64,000 bases of DNA from Mizuhopecten yessoensis (GCF_002113885.1 NW_018405900.1:1234142-1298141), one strand, 5' to 3'; shown: positions 39,491 to 53,815, numbered from the stretch's first letter. Notes: generated from the sequence alone by a model not told the origin. Translations and numbers: made by a program.

Positions 39491-40510
39491 GTAGGTTATG
39501 TACAAATATGTAAGGACATAAACATCTGCATACAATATATTTTAAGGATATTGATTCAACAATCTATACATAACAGATGTAAATTTAACAAAGTTTATAG
39601 AGCCCTATATAGTTTCATATTGATAAATCTTGAATATATTCTATATAAATATAATTGTATGTATATATTTCTACCACAATACGCTGTGTTATTCCACACA
39701 CAGATCATTGTATAAACACGCAGACTGTTAGATAAATATGAGTTATATATACCACACGTGGTATATATGACCTGCAAGAGTTTTGATTGGTCAAGAAGTT
39801 GAACTTTGACCGGGATGACTTTTTCCACTTGCTTTTTGCCACATGCTGTTTTGTTTACGTCGTCTGCTTTCAACATCCGACAAATGTTGGTGACTTTGTG
39901 AGGTTATGCGGAAAATGGGGTTATTAAGGCAATATTAAAAGAAGATGATACTTCAAGATTTGATAGCTAGTTTCAGGCAAAATTGCTACAGACGATCGGT
40001 ATCGTTTCGACGTCACACCGTCGCGTGTCCAGGTCGTGAAACCAAAACAAATTAAGATCTGTCACAGTGTCGGAAAATATTTCGTTTTCCCAACGTCCCG
40101 TTATCGTTATTTGACTATGGCTGAACTTTCACTATAAACGTCATAGATCTAGAACCGTCAAGAAGAAACGTAGGCCTCTGGTTTTGGACATTGACAGCGA
40201 TAAGTTCGTCACTTGGCGGGAGGCAGACTTCATACGATATGCTTACGCGCATATAGTCAGTGGTTAATTTATATAAATCAATGAAATACGGCTACTTTCA
40301 ATATTTAAAGTCGTTCATCTATTATATTTTTTCATGAAGTTGTTGCCGAAACATAAATTTTGACAATTATTGAATTTGTAAAAAAGAAGTTGTTTTTGAA
40401 TATTAATGAGTGACTTTTTACATATGGGTCATATCACTACGCCAGCCTTGTCAACAAATACACGTGTGTATGTTTTTTCCGACTGATCATGAGATTGTGG
40501 TAGAAACAGA

Positions 40511-40675
40511 TCACACGACTCATGGTTGTTGAGTATGGTATTTATTTCACTCTCGTTAGTTAATTTTCAAAAGTTACAAAAAGACACTCGCTAAAGCCCG
40601 TGTCTTTTGTAACTTTTGAAAATTAACTAACTCGAGTGAAATAAATACCATATTCAACAACCACTCGTTGTGTAA
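40511..40675. repeat. Near-perfect ~165-bp palindrome, probably the end of a non-autonomous DNA element
   Basis: tggttgttgagtatggtatttatttcactc..gacactcgctAAAgcccgtgtc..gagtgaaataaataccatattcaacaacca. Confidence 0.85.
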
Positions 40676-41255
40676 CCTCTATTTCTATACATTGTCTACT
40701 GATGTAATATTAATATTATAAGAAGAGGTTATAAGGGCTCATACAAGGTCGAAAAGACACGTTAAATATATCGATAGAATCCTGTAAAGCCCTATAGGCA
40801 TATTCCATATGTCTACAATCTTACATATATTCTGTATTGATAAAATCCTTTAAATATTTACATAATATGCATTGATTAAATCAGATCTTTATTATATTGA
40901 TTGAAATCTTTAAATAGACTATTTAAAAGTCTGCGTATTTATATTATTTAAATATAATGGTATTTTAATAATATTATATATTTATAAAACTTGTACTCTT
41001 TATTGATAAAATCCTATAAATGAAATACATACCCTTACATGACTAGCCAACTGAAGTCCAGTCAAACAGCAAAATAGGAATATTCGTACCGTAATGGATG
41101 TATTGATGCCCAGGTCGATTTGCCAACTTATAAGTTTAACTAGTGTCTTTATAGCCTAGCCTATGACCGCTTATCTAACGGAACAGGAATATAGCACTAT
41201 GTCCTGTTCCTTTTCAGAACAGCATCTGTTCGAGGTTATTCATGTACCTTACATG

Positions 41256-41444
41256 TATTCCGTCTTTGCTTATTGCAGAGTTATCTTCTCGTGGGAGCAG
41301 GTATTGATTGTTACGTCACTTGTTAGTGAGAGTAACGTCATCAATTTTTGAGCAAACGCGTGATTTTCTCACACAAACCAATGACGTAACAATCAATACC
41401 TGCTCCCAAGAGAAGATAACTCTGCAATACGCAAAGACGGAATA
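41256..41444. mobile_element. ~190-bp foldback MITE, copy 1
   Basis: Long TIR TATTCCGTCTTTGC.TATTGCAGAGTTATCTTCTC; second copy at 46810-46999. Confidence 0.88.
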
Positions 41445-43599
41445 CCTGATGTAAAATATTCATTTCAAATTAATTAATCGAAACAAAAACATTATATGGT
41501 CATTTTGTAATATCGAACTCATCAGCTGAACTCAAAGTAAAAAAAAAGAACATTTATGTCCTAAATGGTCCAATATATATCTATAGATATAGCAAAATGT
41601 TAGGGTTGGTTTTATATGGTTTAACAACCTAATAATGGCTGAGAACATTAAAAACCGTGTCTCCATGTGCGTCACCCCTACAGGTCGGTGATAGAAAAAA
41701 GAATATATCTAATGTAACCAACTTAATGCTGTAGAAAACAACTGATGTTGGAGCCCAACAATGTATGCAAAAATGGTGATTTGCTTTTGTGGCCTTTACT
41801 TATAAACATTGACGAAAGCATCTACGATCTCTTTTATCTCTCTCTGTCTCTTCCTCCTACGCCAGTTTAGTTTCCTAGCGCCATACCTCACTTTTAGCCC
41901 TAGTGTTGAAGTTCGCCAAGGTTGGGAAGATGATGACTTTGTCTCCCGCCGAGACATACCAAAGTCCTAAAATGGCCGATGTTATTCCAGTATATTGGGT
42001 TATCGTAACGACTGTGTCTTCTGCATGGCATATCATGAGGTAGCAATCTAAAGTCATCATCAGATCCACACAAGGAGGTAAATAAATCAACATACATATA
42101 CCATGATAAACAATTTAGATGATATGTTAGGGTGAGGGTACCCAAAAATGGAACAAAATTGTTATATATGAATCAGCATTTTTATTTCGTAATGTGCATG
42201 AATTAAATATGTTATTCCTAATCCAAATGTATATAGCTTCTATCTCTTGAAATATCAAACAAGAATTCCACGGGAGTGGATGTGTCGTCTGCTCAGCGCT
42301 TTTAGTAAGAAAAGTGTTTTGGCTTGAGTTATCGCGTAAACAGATATGGCAAAGTCCGGAAAGTTGAAACTCGACAGACAAACTCGTAATATATGTTGAA
42401 CATTATTGCTTCTAGCATTATCGTAGGCTACGTATTGTACGTGTACTTGTAGTATAGTACAGATTAAGGTCAGCATACTTGTGTACCCTTCTCTGGACAG
42501 TGACCAGTTCGAATTGCGCCCAAACTTTTAACCATGGTTATGCATACAGGGTGAGTGTGACGTTTTATGTCTGTACCTGGACAGCGCAAGTACTTATTGT
42601 TGCTGAGTTTCAACTTATTTAAACTTAACGATTTTTTAACGTGATGTAACACTGTTCACAATGCTGGAATCCTGACTGTCTAATTACAGTCGGCGAGTTG
42701 TAAATTAATTGTTGCTTTCGACATTAAATATTCTATTCTCTCTTTCTGACAAGCTAGGTGTAAATCATTAATATTCAAATGTGCTTTAAGATTTAAAAAC
42801 AAAACACAAATAAAGAAAGAAAGATAGATAGCCTTTATCAATAAGGTTATATGCGGCTACCGGGCAAAATCACTTGCTGGAAGTCGGTCCGTTTTTATGA
42901 GAGAGAAAAATACGTAAGTCTAAATAGTCTATAGTATACCTCATAATATACCACTAAAGAGGTTATTCAATTTTAAAATTAATCGATACTCCTCTAATGT
43001 TCATGAATTAAGCATTCGTCCCTCTGTTTCGTTGGTACTTTAGACCATTTGAATTTCCACTTCTTTTTGCCCCTAGCAACACCAAAGAGTACTGGAAGGA
43101 AGGGACAGGTAAATGATACAGCCTTAATTAATGTGTAATACCAATTTTGTAAAGATGCAGTCACCTGTGTGTTACTTTCATCTTTAATATCAATAGGTTA
43201 TTATTATATTATCTATTTTAACAAACTTTCCAGCAAGGAATACACAATCTATTGACATTCAGAAACACACTTTCCACAGGTGAACTACACGGGCTTAACT
43301 ATCACTGATAAGTCGACATAACGAGATGCTTATTACAATAAGTCGACATAGCGGAGCAGTTGTAGTCCATGGTGACATGATTTTTTTTCGCATTATCTGG
43401 TAAACTCCCACATTAATTCTTGACTATGTCAGTAAGTTGACATAGTAAAAGTGACTTCCGCGAAATCTCACTGGTAACTTCGTGCCAACATACCTATGTA
43501 TAGGGTGATACTGATGGGGTATGTGTGTGTCTTTATCAGGTGTAAAAGTCAGTGCGGACAACGTGTATTTTCGACTATAACTGGACGGGTGTTCAGTCC

Positions 43600-43900
43600 A
43601 GGCTACGTGTACATGTACTTGTAGTATAGTAAAGATTAAGGTCAACATACAATGTACTTGTGTACCCTTCTCCAGACAGTGACCAGTTCGTATTGAACGC
43701 GCTTTATATTTAAGTTTAATCAGGAATCAATTCAAATTTCGACCTTCCTTTTAACCCTAGTTATGCATACAGGGTGAGTGTGACGTTTTATGTCTGCACC
43801 TGGATATCGCAATTTTTTTGTTGTCGTTGCTGAGTTTCACTTCATTTGAACTTATCGATTTCTTTATATTATGTCATACAGTACACAAATCTGAAATCCT
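43600..43900 (+). promoter_or_regulatory. Probable FABP-A proximal promoter and non-coding first exon
   Basis: Conserved with 42424-42720 (direct copy) and with the upstream region of FABP-B (~60930-61170, inverted). Contains TAAGGTCA (43637), TTTATATTTAA (~43703) and a CAGG|GTGAGT donor (~43773). Confidence 0.5.
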
Positions 43901-44062
43901 GCTCTAGTGACAGTGGGCGAGCTGAAAGTTGCCATCAGTATATATTTGTTACTTTATGTGTACAGTTTAATTCGTCCGATTATCACGCTTACCTATTCTG
44001 TGCATTACTTTACCGACTTTCGGGAGATATAGCAGCAGACATCGTTTGAATTAACTTCCACC

Positions 44063-47000
44063 ATGTCAAAATTCTTAGGAGCATGGGATATGGACGATCT
44101 TTGTGAGAAATCGGAAAATTTTCTCAACTTCTGCAAAGCTGTGGGTAAGTAAACCAGCAGGGTTTTTCAAAAAATGATTTCCTAAAAGAAGATTGCTTTG
44201 ATTTGTAACTGGCGTTACCATGCTATGTTGGGGTAAACAAATGTATGTACCTGGACTAGTGGTGTAGCTGAAATCATAATGTAATTTAAAAAAAGGTTGT
44301 TTTTTCATTTTTAGTAATTTTTAGTAATTTTCTTGTGAATTTTGATGAGGTTTAGTTAATGGAACACAGTGATGAAAAGTCACACTGATTTCATTTGTTA
44401 TCACAACATGTAAAACCAGTAACTACTTCAGTATTGTGCTGAGGTTTAGGAATATCCCTAAGGCCGGTGGGTATCTTAAGATGGCGAGAAAACGGGCGGT
44501 CAAATGGATATGCCTAACATCAATATAGATGGTTTTCTGTATTTTTTACTGTTTCAATGTAGATATATTCTGTGCATTACTGTCCGGATACTTAAAACAT
44601 CAATATGTCACTATCGTCAATGTGCAACATCAAAGAGTCTGTTTGAGAGATACAATAATGGAATGCATGTGGCGGTAGAGTAGTGCTTCGACTTGCTGGT
44701 ATCATCGACAAGGCAATGTGTTACCGAAGATCGAGAGTTTATATTGCATAAATAATATATAGACACACACACATGTATAAACGTACATATACGTACTTCC
44801 CCTTAACCTTCCTCGTCCTCCTACCCCATTATTTTTACATTTCTGCCTGTGAATGTGTATTATTTTGTTGCATTTTTATTTCTTGAAGCCATGAAGCCAG
44901 AAGAGATAGAATACTACAAAAAGATGAAAGAAACAATCTCTTACTCCGGTCAAGGTGACCAATGGGTGTGCGAAATCTCAATGGGAGAAAACAAAAGCAG
45001 GCACGAATTTAAACTTGGAATAAAAAATCCACCGGAAAAGGGAATTGACGGTTCAACATTCTGTGTAAGACAACTTGCTTAATTACTGTGACGGTTAAAT
45101 GTTTTGTGTTTTGTGTTTTGCCTACACTTTCCTTTTTAACTGTAACAACTTATTGAATTACATTGATGATTCAACTTTTAAAAAAACCTGCAAACACGAT
45201 CCTTTTATTTGATGCACTGGCGTCCTCTAGTAAGGTCGTTGTAAAAGAGGATAAAATGTGACCGGGTGGAGTGTCAAGCTAAACTTGTAAGGTCAATGCA
45301 AATTCCGCTTTATACTTTAAATTTACATATTTATCAAAACAATTAATTGCTTTTCAAATGATTCAGTTGTTTTAATATTCCTAATAATTCGCTATTCATG
45401 TTTTTGTACAATAAAATATTTGGTTAAATGTGGGGGGTTTTCATCATGAAAATAACACATCTATAAAAGCCACATATAGATTGAGTAGGATCCGTCCTCC
45501 GTCAGTCAATAACAATAAGTACAACGTGAAGGGTCATGATGGTTTGCCTATCGCATAACAGACAGAAGGGCTATCAAGTTTATCCAAATTAAGACCCTGA
45601 CCTAAATTTGGAGATCACATGGATGAAATGAGTAAATATGTTTGATTGCCTAATTATGAAAAACAAAGAGGGGTAGGTTCTTCATATTTTGCCTGAGGCA
45701 TGTTTAAATATAACAGTGCAAGTGCCAACGCCTTCAGTCGATTTATAGGGAAGTAAAAGCTATTGCCAGCTACTGAGATGTTTCCCAGTTACTATACTTA
45801 CTATAGTATCTAAGGAGGCACCGACATTTAAGTTCGTACGTGCTAAATAGTACGCACGCCCGGGCCTCCCTGTGTATGCATACAACAGCATATCATGTCA
45901 ACCCGCTATTATTTGTTCAACATGTGCGAAAGGTGACACATCTATACAATAGTACACTTTCTCGATTTCAAACCGAGATTATCAGATTATTAGAAGAATA
46001 TGAATATTGAAGACATCATCAAAATAATTTACAAAAATAAACCCGATTCAGGTACAGTATTAAATACACCTGTCTCCTTCCCCCATCCCGCGACAAAAAT
46101 GTCAACCCTGAAAAAAACATGTACCTACCTTAGAGACATCCTGCTGAATTGGTTTGCGACAAGTTATATTTAAATCTCCATGACAAATTTACAAGGTCGC
46201 AGGAGTGAAATTTGTTGATTTGAAAAATATATAAATTACCATGACAATTTCACAAGGTCGCAGGAGTGAAATTTGTTGAAAAGAAATCTGAATAACAAAG
46301 GGTCATAGATTCACGATGTTTGGCCAGTGGCTTGGTCGGGGAAATACTAAATTTAATCCAAAAAAAAGGTTCTCATTGTTATTTTGGGGATGGAGGAGTC
46401 AAATAAATTGAAGCATTTCAACTAAATTTTGTGAGCGACCAAAAACCTAGATGCGTTATAAGGAAAATGCGATTATTTGATATTATATTATTAAGTTTAA
46501 AAGAAAAGCCTTAATCATTCTCTATTGTCACAGGGGTAGAATATGTCAAAAGATTTAAAAAAAACCACACCTTCCTAATACTTGACCTGCAGTATGAGGA
46601 GATGGAACGCTATACCGTTCGTCCAAATTATTAATCTTCTCCTAAAGGTTATGATTGACAAATGTGTCTTAAAATCTTGTAACGGCTTCTGCTGTATGCC
46701 ACTACACGCTGGAAGGAAGCAACTGATGGTTTCTTTCTTGTCTTTTGTTTAGCAGACATTGAAAACAAAGCCAAGAATAGCCCCGCTGTATCCCACTGAA
46801 TGTGTATCGTATTCCGTCTTTGCGTATTGCAGAGTTATCTTCTCTTGAGAGCAGGTATTGATTGTTACGTCATTGGGTTGTGAGATTAACGTCATCAATT
46901 TTTGAGAAAACGACGTAATTTTCTCCCACAAACCAATGACGTAACAATCAATACCTGCTCACAAGAGAAGACAACTTTGCAATACGCAAAGACGGAATAA

Positions 47001-48614
47001 GGCAACTAATGTTGCACCCCCTCTATCTCCTGTAGAATCAGGATTGTATTTCTTTGTCTTCTACTTAGACGAACTTTGATCTACAACAATTAGGATCATT
47101 TTCGTTACCTAACTTTCCAGCATACTTTCTCTCCTATATGCATTCTCTTTTAAGCGGTGGACATTTACATGTCTCCCTAGTAACCGCCGTCCTCAAATTA
47201 CCATAGCTGTCGATAGGACGTTAAACAATACTAAACCATCCAAACCCTAGGTAACCGTCCGTACATGATCTTGACTGTTGCGAGGACGTTTAACATCAAA
47301 CAATCAAGAGGCATAGGTAGATTAGCTGTTGCCAGTAGAAAGATGATAAACAGTGTTTTAAATTTCGTTTAAATAAACAGCATTGACAAACTTTCAACGA
47401 TGCAGGGAACAATTTACGGCTATATAGTTTGTTATTTAAAGTAGACTGCGTAAATTGACAAATTTGAAAACCTACAATTACTTGAGCGAGTCTGCATTGA
47501 TTCCAAATGCATTCAAATCCCTACCAAAATGCACTGCGGTACCCTCAATTAATCTCTATAGATTCCTAATGCCATTTCAAGACTTTTGAAAATCTTACTT
47601 GGAACACATTATATGTTAAAATTAAGAATTAATTTTCTGCACCTTCTTACATCTTTTAGTGGTTATGTACGTTATACATGTAAGACTGTTCATTCTGCTA
47701 AAGGAAATTTATGTAACGATGTTAGCCGTAGTACATAAATCTCGGAGAAAGTTTGGATGTTTAATACAGGAAGATTTTAAAGCTATATTTATAGATGAGA
47801 AATAAAATAAAAATAAAATGTAAATATTTGATTTCATTTGTATTAAATAACGTTGTTGAAAAAATATCAACATTATAAATAAGATCGGCAATACTTGTTG
47901 ATCTACGTTAAGCCAGATTGATACATGCTTTACCAGGTATTTCTGTTGTAGATTGAGCCTACGTTAGAATCTGAGGACAAACTTGTGGAAATAGCTACCA
48001 CAATGCTGGTTGGACACGATAAGGAGGTTGTCACTAGGACCGAGAGGTTTTTGACCGCTCCCAATAAAATGAAATCAGTAAGTAATGTGTGTAAAGGTCG
48101 CTATTAAATTGAACAATGTCCGGTTCGAATGCTCTGAACCGTATCGCAGTTTTCAAATTAAAGATAAATTGTTTTTTACTTAATATTTGCGATCTTCATT
48201 TTCACCATTGGGCAAAAAGTGTATGCATAAATCATGTACATTTCAACTCATGATTTAATGACAATAACGATTAATTGAAAGAACAACAAAGTAGATTGTA
48301 TTTTCATGTTATGCACTATTTTGCACACTATGTAACTTGAACGCATTGTGAAGGAAATGCCCCTGCCAATAACTAACAGGTGTTGTTTGCTACAAGGAGA
48401 GTACAACTTCATTAACACCTTTGTTGTATAACGTAAATATATATTCAACGATGCATAACTGATTGATTGTGTATCTTTATTGATCGTAATGTTTGCTTTT
48501 AACTTCAAGTAGAAAAAATATACAGGATGAACGAAGGATATGGCCTTTATATTGCAGATTGTGACTGACGTAGCATCGGGTGTCAGCATGACGTTTTATG
48601 CAACCCGGAAGTGA
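44063..48614 (+). CDS. Fatty-acid-binding protein (iLBP/FABP)-like, copy A, 146 aa
   Basis: Exons 44063-44144 (MSKFLGAW..SENFLNFCKAV), 44889-45064, 47952-48077, 48558-48614. Canonical 4-exon FABP layout with phases 1,0,0, the F.G.W and SENF..F.KA motifs, GT-AG sites, and AATAAA at 48793. Confidence 0.88.
46810..46999. mobile_element. ~190-bp foldback MITE, copy 2 (FABP-A intron 2)
   Basis: Same TIR family as 41256-41444. Confidence 0.88.
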
Positions 48615-50029
48615 TGTTATAATCTTCATTCGAGATTTGTACGCATGACAGAAATCAGGGCTGTGGAACAACCTTACAAACTATGTGACGTTAAGTCCGA
48701 AATCACCTAAGTGTACTTTCATATTATTGGCAAGTGTTTTCCTACACTCGTTTTTGTGTGCGTAAACATGATTTTGTAAATGTCGGTCAAACAATAAAAA
48801 GAAATTGTTAATGCTTGGTGGACGAATTGTTTTGGTTTGTGAATTAGTATGACACGTCTCTTAATATGAAGCAGATGTGACCGTATCAATGACTTTACAT
48901 ACGTGAATAATTTCAGAAGTGTATTGCTAAAGTCTTATACAGCAGAAAGTGTAAAACTTTTTAGAAATGCGAGTCCGGTCCAGAAGACAGCTATCGCGCT
49001 TTTCTCGGTTTGGTTAGGAAGTATATTGTAATTTTTTTTTAAATTTAAAACTAAGGTCATGTATTTAGAAGTGTCTCCATGTGTGTAATGTATGTGTGTT
49101 CATGTTATATGAACATGCTCGTGTAGTATGTTGGCGTATTTTCCTCCTTGTGATAGCGCGGATCTCATGAGAACCTTATAGTTCTACCTCACTGAAATAT
49201 CAAGCCGAATGCTCATAACAAAATATATATCCTCTATATCCTCTCCCTCTGCCCCTTTTTATGTCCTTTGAACAAATCTTATGTCATGATTTATTGATCT
49301 TTAAGATATATCTAAATAGAATTAATTTCTTTCAAACGGAATTGTTCAATTATGAGCACACGATGTGGGCCCTGAAAAGGTTTAATTCTCCCGTGAAATA
49401 CTGCTTCCTCTATTTTTTCATGAATTTCGAATGAATTTGAAATGACGTTCAACTCTGGGATATGTCAAAAACTTGCCTACTTTGTTTATTATTATTTTCA
49501 CGGAAAGGCTATGAAATAGTGTGACTATGAAATGTTGGGAAATAACACTACCTTTATACACGAGCTATATTCCCCACATTATTTGTCCTTTCCTTCCAAT
49601 ACTTCATCATATTTTGTTTGATCAATTACTATGGAAGAAATATGTGAAAGAAACTAGCGACATCGTTTCGAATTGAATTTATGACTGTAATTAACGATGG
49701 TGGAGCTGCAAGAATCCTTAATAACATCTTTGTTATGTCATGCGTAAAGATATTTATAGCAAATAACTGTTGATACGATGACGGAACACCCATTGTTTAG
49801 CCCACGTAATACGACACCCATACAGCTTTGGAAAATTAAAGACCTGCTGTGTCCCACTGCATAAGATCGTAAGAGGCACCTAATGTGGGGGATCCTGCAG
49901 TGTCAGGGCTTTCCCTGCCTTGTATTTTGTTTGGAGCATTAAAGATATTAAGAATAGACCTGCTGTATCTAACTGCATGTGTATCGTTACAGATGGGTAC
50001 AGTTGGGCCCTCTGAAGACTTCGGTGTTT

Positions 50030-53000
50030 CTTATTTGTCTTCCACTAGGGTGACATTGAAGTTCTTTGTCTTCCACTAGGGTGACATTGAAGTTCTTTTT
50101 CCTCCATAAGGGTGACATTGAAGTTCTTTGTCTTCCATTAGGGTGACATTGAAGGTTTTTTTCTTCCACCAAGGTGACATTGAAGTTCTTTGTCTTCCCC
50201 TAGAGTGACATTGAAGTTCTTTGTCTTCCACTAGGGTGACATTGACGTGTTTTGTCTTCCACTAGGGTGACATTGACGTTCTTTGTCTTCCACTAGGATG
50301 ACATTGAAGTTTTTTGTCTTCCACTAGGGTGACATTGAAGTTCTTTGTCTTCCACTAGGGTGACATTGAATTTCTTTTTCCTCCATTAGGGTGACATTGA
50401 AGTTCTTTGTCTTCCATTAGGGTGACATTGAAGGTTTTTTTCTTCCACCAAGGTGACATTAAAGTTCTTTGTCTTCCCCTAGAGTGACATTGAAGTTCTT
50501 TGTCTTCCACTAGGGTGACATTGACGTGTTTTGTCTTCCACTAGGGTGACATTGACGTTCTTTGTCTTCCACTAGGATGACATTGAAGTTTTTTGTCTTC
50601 CAGTAGGATGACATTGAAGTTATTTGTCTTCCACTGGGGTGACATTGAAGTTCTTTGTCCTCCACTAGGATGACATTGAAGTTCTTTGTCTTCCACTAGG
50701 ATGACATTGAAGTTATTTGTCTTCCAGTAGGATGACATGGAAGTTATTTGTCTTCCACTGGGGTGACATTGAAATTCTTTGTCCTCCACTAGGATGAAAT
50801 TGAAGTTCTTTGTCTTCCACGAGGATGACATTGAAGTTGGTTGTCTTCCACTAGGGTGACATTGAAGTTATTTGTCTTCCACTAGGATGATATTGACGTT
50901 CTTTGTCTTCCACTAGGATGACATTGAAGTTCTTTGTCTTCCACTGGGATGACATTGAAGTTCTTTGTTTTCCACTAGGATGACATTGAAGTTATTTGTC
51001 ATCCTAGTGGAAGACAAAGAACGTCAATATCATCCTAGAGGAAGACAAATAACTTCAATGGCATCCTAGTGGAAGACAAAGACCTTCAATGTCATCCTAG
51101 TGGAAAACAAAGAACTTCAATGTCATCCTCGTGGAAGACAAAGAACTTCAAAGTCATCCTAGTGGAAGTCAAAGAACTTCAATGTCATCCCAGTGGAAGA
51201 CAAAGAACTTCAAAGTCATCCTAGTGGAAGTCAAAGAACTTCAATGTCACCCTAGCGGAAGACAAAGAACTTCAATGTCGACGACAAAGAACTTCAATGT
51301 CATCCTATTGGAAGACAAAGAACGTCAATATCATCCTACTGGAAGACAAATAACTTTAATGTCATCCTAGTGGAAGACAAAGATCTTCAATGTCATCCTA
51401 GTTGAAGACAAACAACTTCAATGACACCCGAGGGGAAGACAAAGAACGTCAATGTCACCCTAGTGGAAGTCAATGTCATCCTAGTGGAAGAAAAATAATT
51501 TCAATGTCGTCCTAGTGGAATACAAAGAACTTCAATGTCACCCTAGCGGAAGACAAAGAACTTCAATGGCATCCTAGTGGAAGACAAAGAAATTCAATGT
51601 CATCCTAGTGGAAAACAAAGAACTTCAATGTCATCCTATTGGAAGACAAAGAACGTCAATATCATCCTACTGGAAGACAAATAACTTTAATGTCACCCTA
51701 GTGGAAGACAAAACACGTCAATCTCACCCTAGTGGAAGGCAAATATCTTCAATGTCATCCTAGTGGAAAACAAAGAACTTCAATGTCATCCTATTGGAAG
51801 ACAAAGAACGTCAATATCATCCTAGTGGAAGGCAAATAACTTCAATGTCACCCTAGGGGAAGACAAAGAACTTCAATGTCACCCTAGTGAAAGACAAATA
51901 ACTTCAATGTCAACCTAGTGGAAGACAAAGACCTTCAATGTCATCCTAGTGGAAAACAAAGAACTTCAATGTCATCCTAGTGTAAGACAAAGAACTTCAA
52001 TGTCATGGTAGTGGAAGACAAAGAACTTCGATGTCATCCTAGTGGAAGACAAAGAAATTCAATGTCATCCTAGTGGAAAACAAAGAACTTCAATGTCATC
52101 CTATTGGAAGACAAAGAACGTCAATATAATCCTAGTTGAAGACAAATAACTTCAATGGCATCCTAGTGGAAGACAAAGATCTTCAATGTCATCCTAGTTG
52201 AAGACAAAGAACTTCAATGTTATCCTAGTGGAAGACAAAGAAATTCAATGTCATCCTAGTGGAAAACAAAGAACTTCAATGTCATCCTAGTTGAAGACAA
52301 AGAACTTCAATGTCATCCTATTGGAAGACAAAGAACGTCAATGTCATCCTACTGGAAGACAAATAACTTTAATGTCACCCTAGTGGAAGACAAGTAACTT
52401 CAATGTCATCCTAGTGTAAGACAAAGAACTTCAATGTCATCCTAGTGTAAGACAAAGAACTTCAATGTCGACGACAAAGAACTTCAATGTCATCCTATTG
52501 GAAGACAAAGAACGTCAATATCATCCTAGTGAAAGACAAATAACTTCAATGTCAACCTAGTGGAAGACAAAGAACTGCAATGTCATCCTAGTGGAAGAAA
52601 ACGAACTTCAATGTCATCCTAGTAGAAGACAAAGAACTTCAATGTTATCCTAGTGGAAGACAAAGAAATTCAATGTCATCCTAGTGGAAAACAAAGAACT
52701 TCAATGTCATCCCAGTGGAAGACAAAGAACTTCAAAGTCATCCTAGTGGAAGTCAAAGAACTTCAATGTCATCCTAGTGGAGGACAAAGAACTTCAATGT
52801 CTCCCTAGCGGAAGACAAATAACTTCAATGGCATCCTAGTGGAAGACAAAGAAATTCAATGTCATCCTAGTGGAAAACAAAGAACTTCAATGTCATCCTA
52901 GTGTAAGACAAAGAACTTCAATGTCACCCTAGTGAAAGACAAATAACTTCAATGTCAACCTAGTGGAAGACAAAGAACGTCAATATCATCCTAGTGAAAG

Positions 53001-53815
53001 ACAAATAACTTCAATGTCAACCTAGTGGAAGACAAAGAACTGCAATGTCATCCTAGTGGAAGAAAAATAACTTCAATGTCACCCTAGTGGAAGACAAGTA
53101 ACTTCAATGTCATCCTAGTTGAAGACAAAGAACTTCAATGTTATCCTAGTGGAAGACAAAGAAATTCAATGTCATCCTAGTGGAAGTCAAAGAACTTCAA
53201 TGTCATCCTAGTAGAAGACAAAGAACTTCAATGTTATCCTAGTGGAAGACAAAGAAATTCAATGTCATCCTAGTGGAAGTCAAAGAACTTCAATGTCACC
53301 CTAGCGGAAGACAAATAACTTCAATGTCAACCTAGTGGAAGACAAAGACCTTCAATGTCGTCCTAGTGGAGGACAAAGAACTTCAATGTCATTCTAGTGG
53401 AAGACAAATAACTTTAATGTCATCCTAGTGGAAGACATTGAAGTTCTTTGTCTTACACTAGGATGACATTGAAGTTTTTTGTCTTCCACTAGGATGCCAT
53501 TGAAGTTATTTGTCTTCCGCTAGGGAGACATTGAAGTTCTTTGTCCTCCACTAGGACGACATTGAAGTTATTTGTCCTCCACTAGGATGACATTGAAGTT
53601 ATTCGTCTTCCACTAGGGTGACAATGAAGTTATTTGTCTTCCACTAGGGTGACATTGACGTTCTTTGTCTTCCACTATGGTGACATTGAAGTTCTTTGTC
53701 TTCCACTAGGACGACATTGAAGTTCTTTGTCTTCCACTAGGACGACATTGAAGTTATTTGTCTTCCTCTAGGGTGACATTGAAGTTATTTGTCTTCCACT
53801 AGGGTGACATTGAAG
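50030..53815. repeat. 31-bp satellite, about 120 copies, with an internally inverted block (51001-53433)
   Basis: Unit GTCTTCCACTAGGRTGACATTGAAGTTCTTT; strand switches at 51000 and 53437. Confidence 0.97.

Noticed and set aside
41830-42085. Exon-like block with a strong pyrimidine tract and GAG|GTAAAT donor
   Set aside because: Stops occur in all three frames before the donor and there is no recognisable homology; it might be non-coding but this cannot be supported.
50541-51370. ORFs in the 31-bp satellite
   Set aside because: Repeat translation on both strands, caused by the inversion.
3293-53815. CRISPR arrays
   Set aside because: The repeats are head-to-tail with no unique spacers, there are no cas genes, and the context is eukaryotic.
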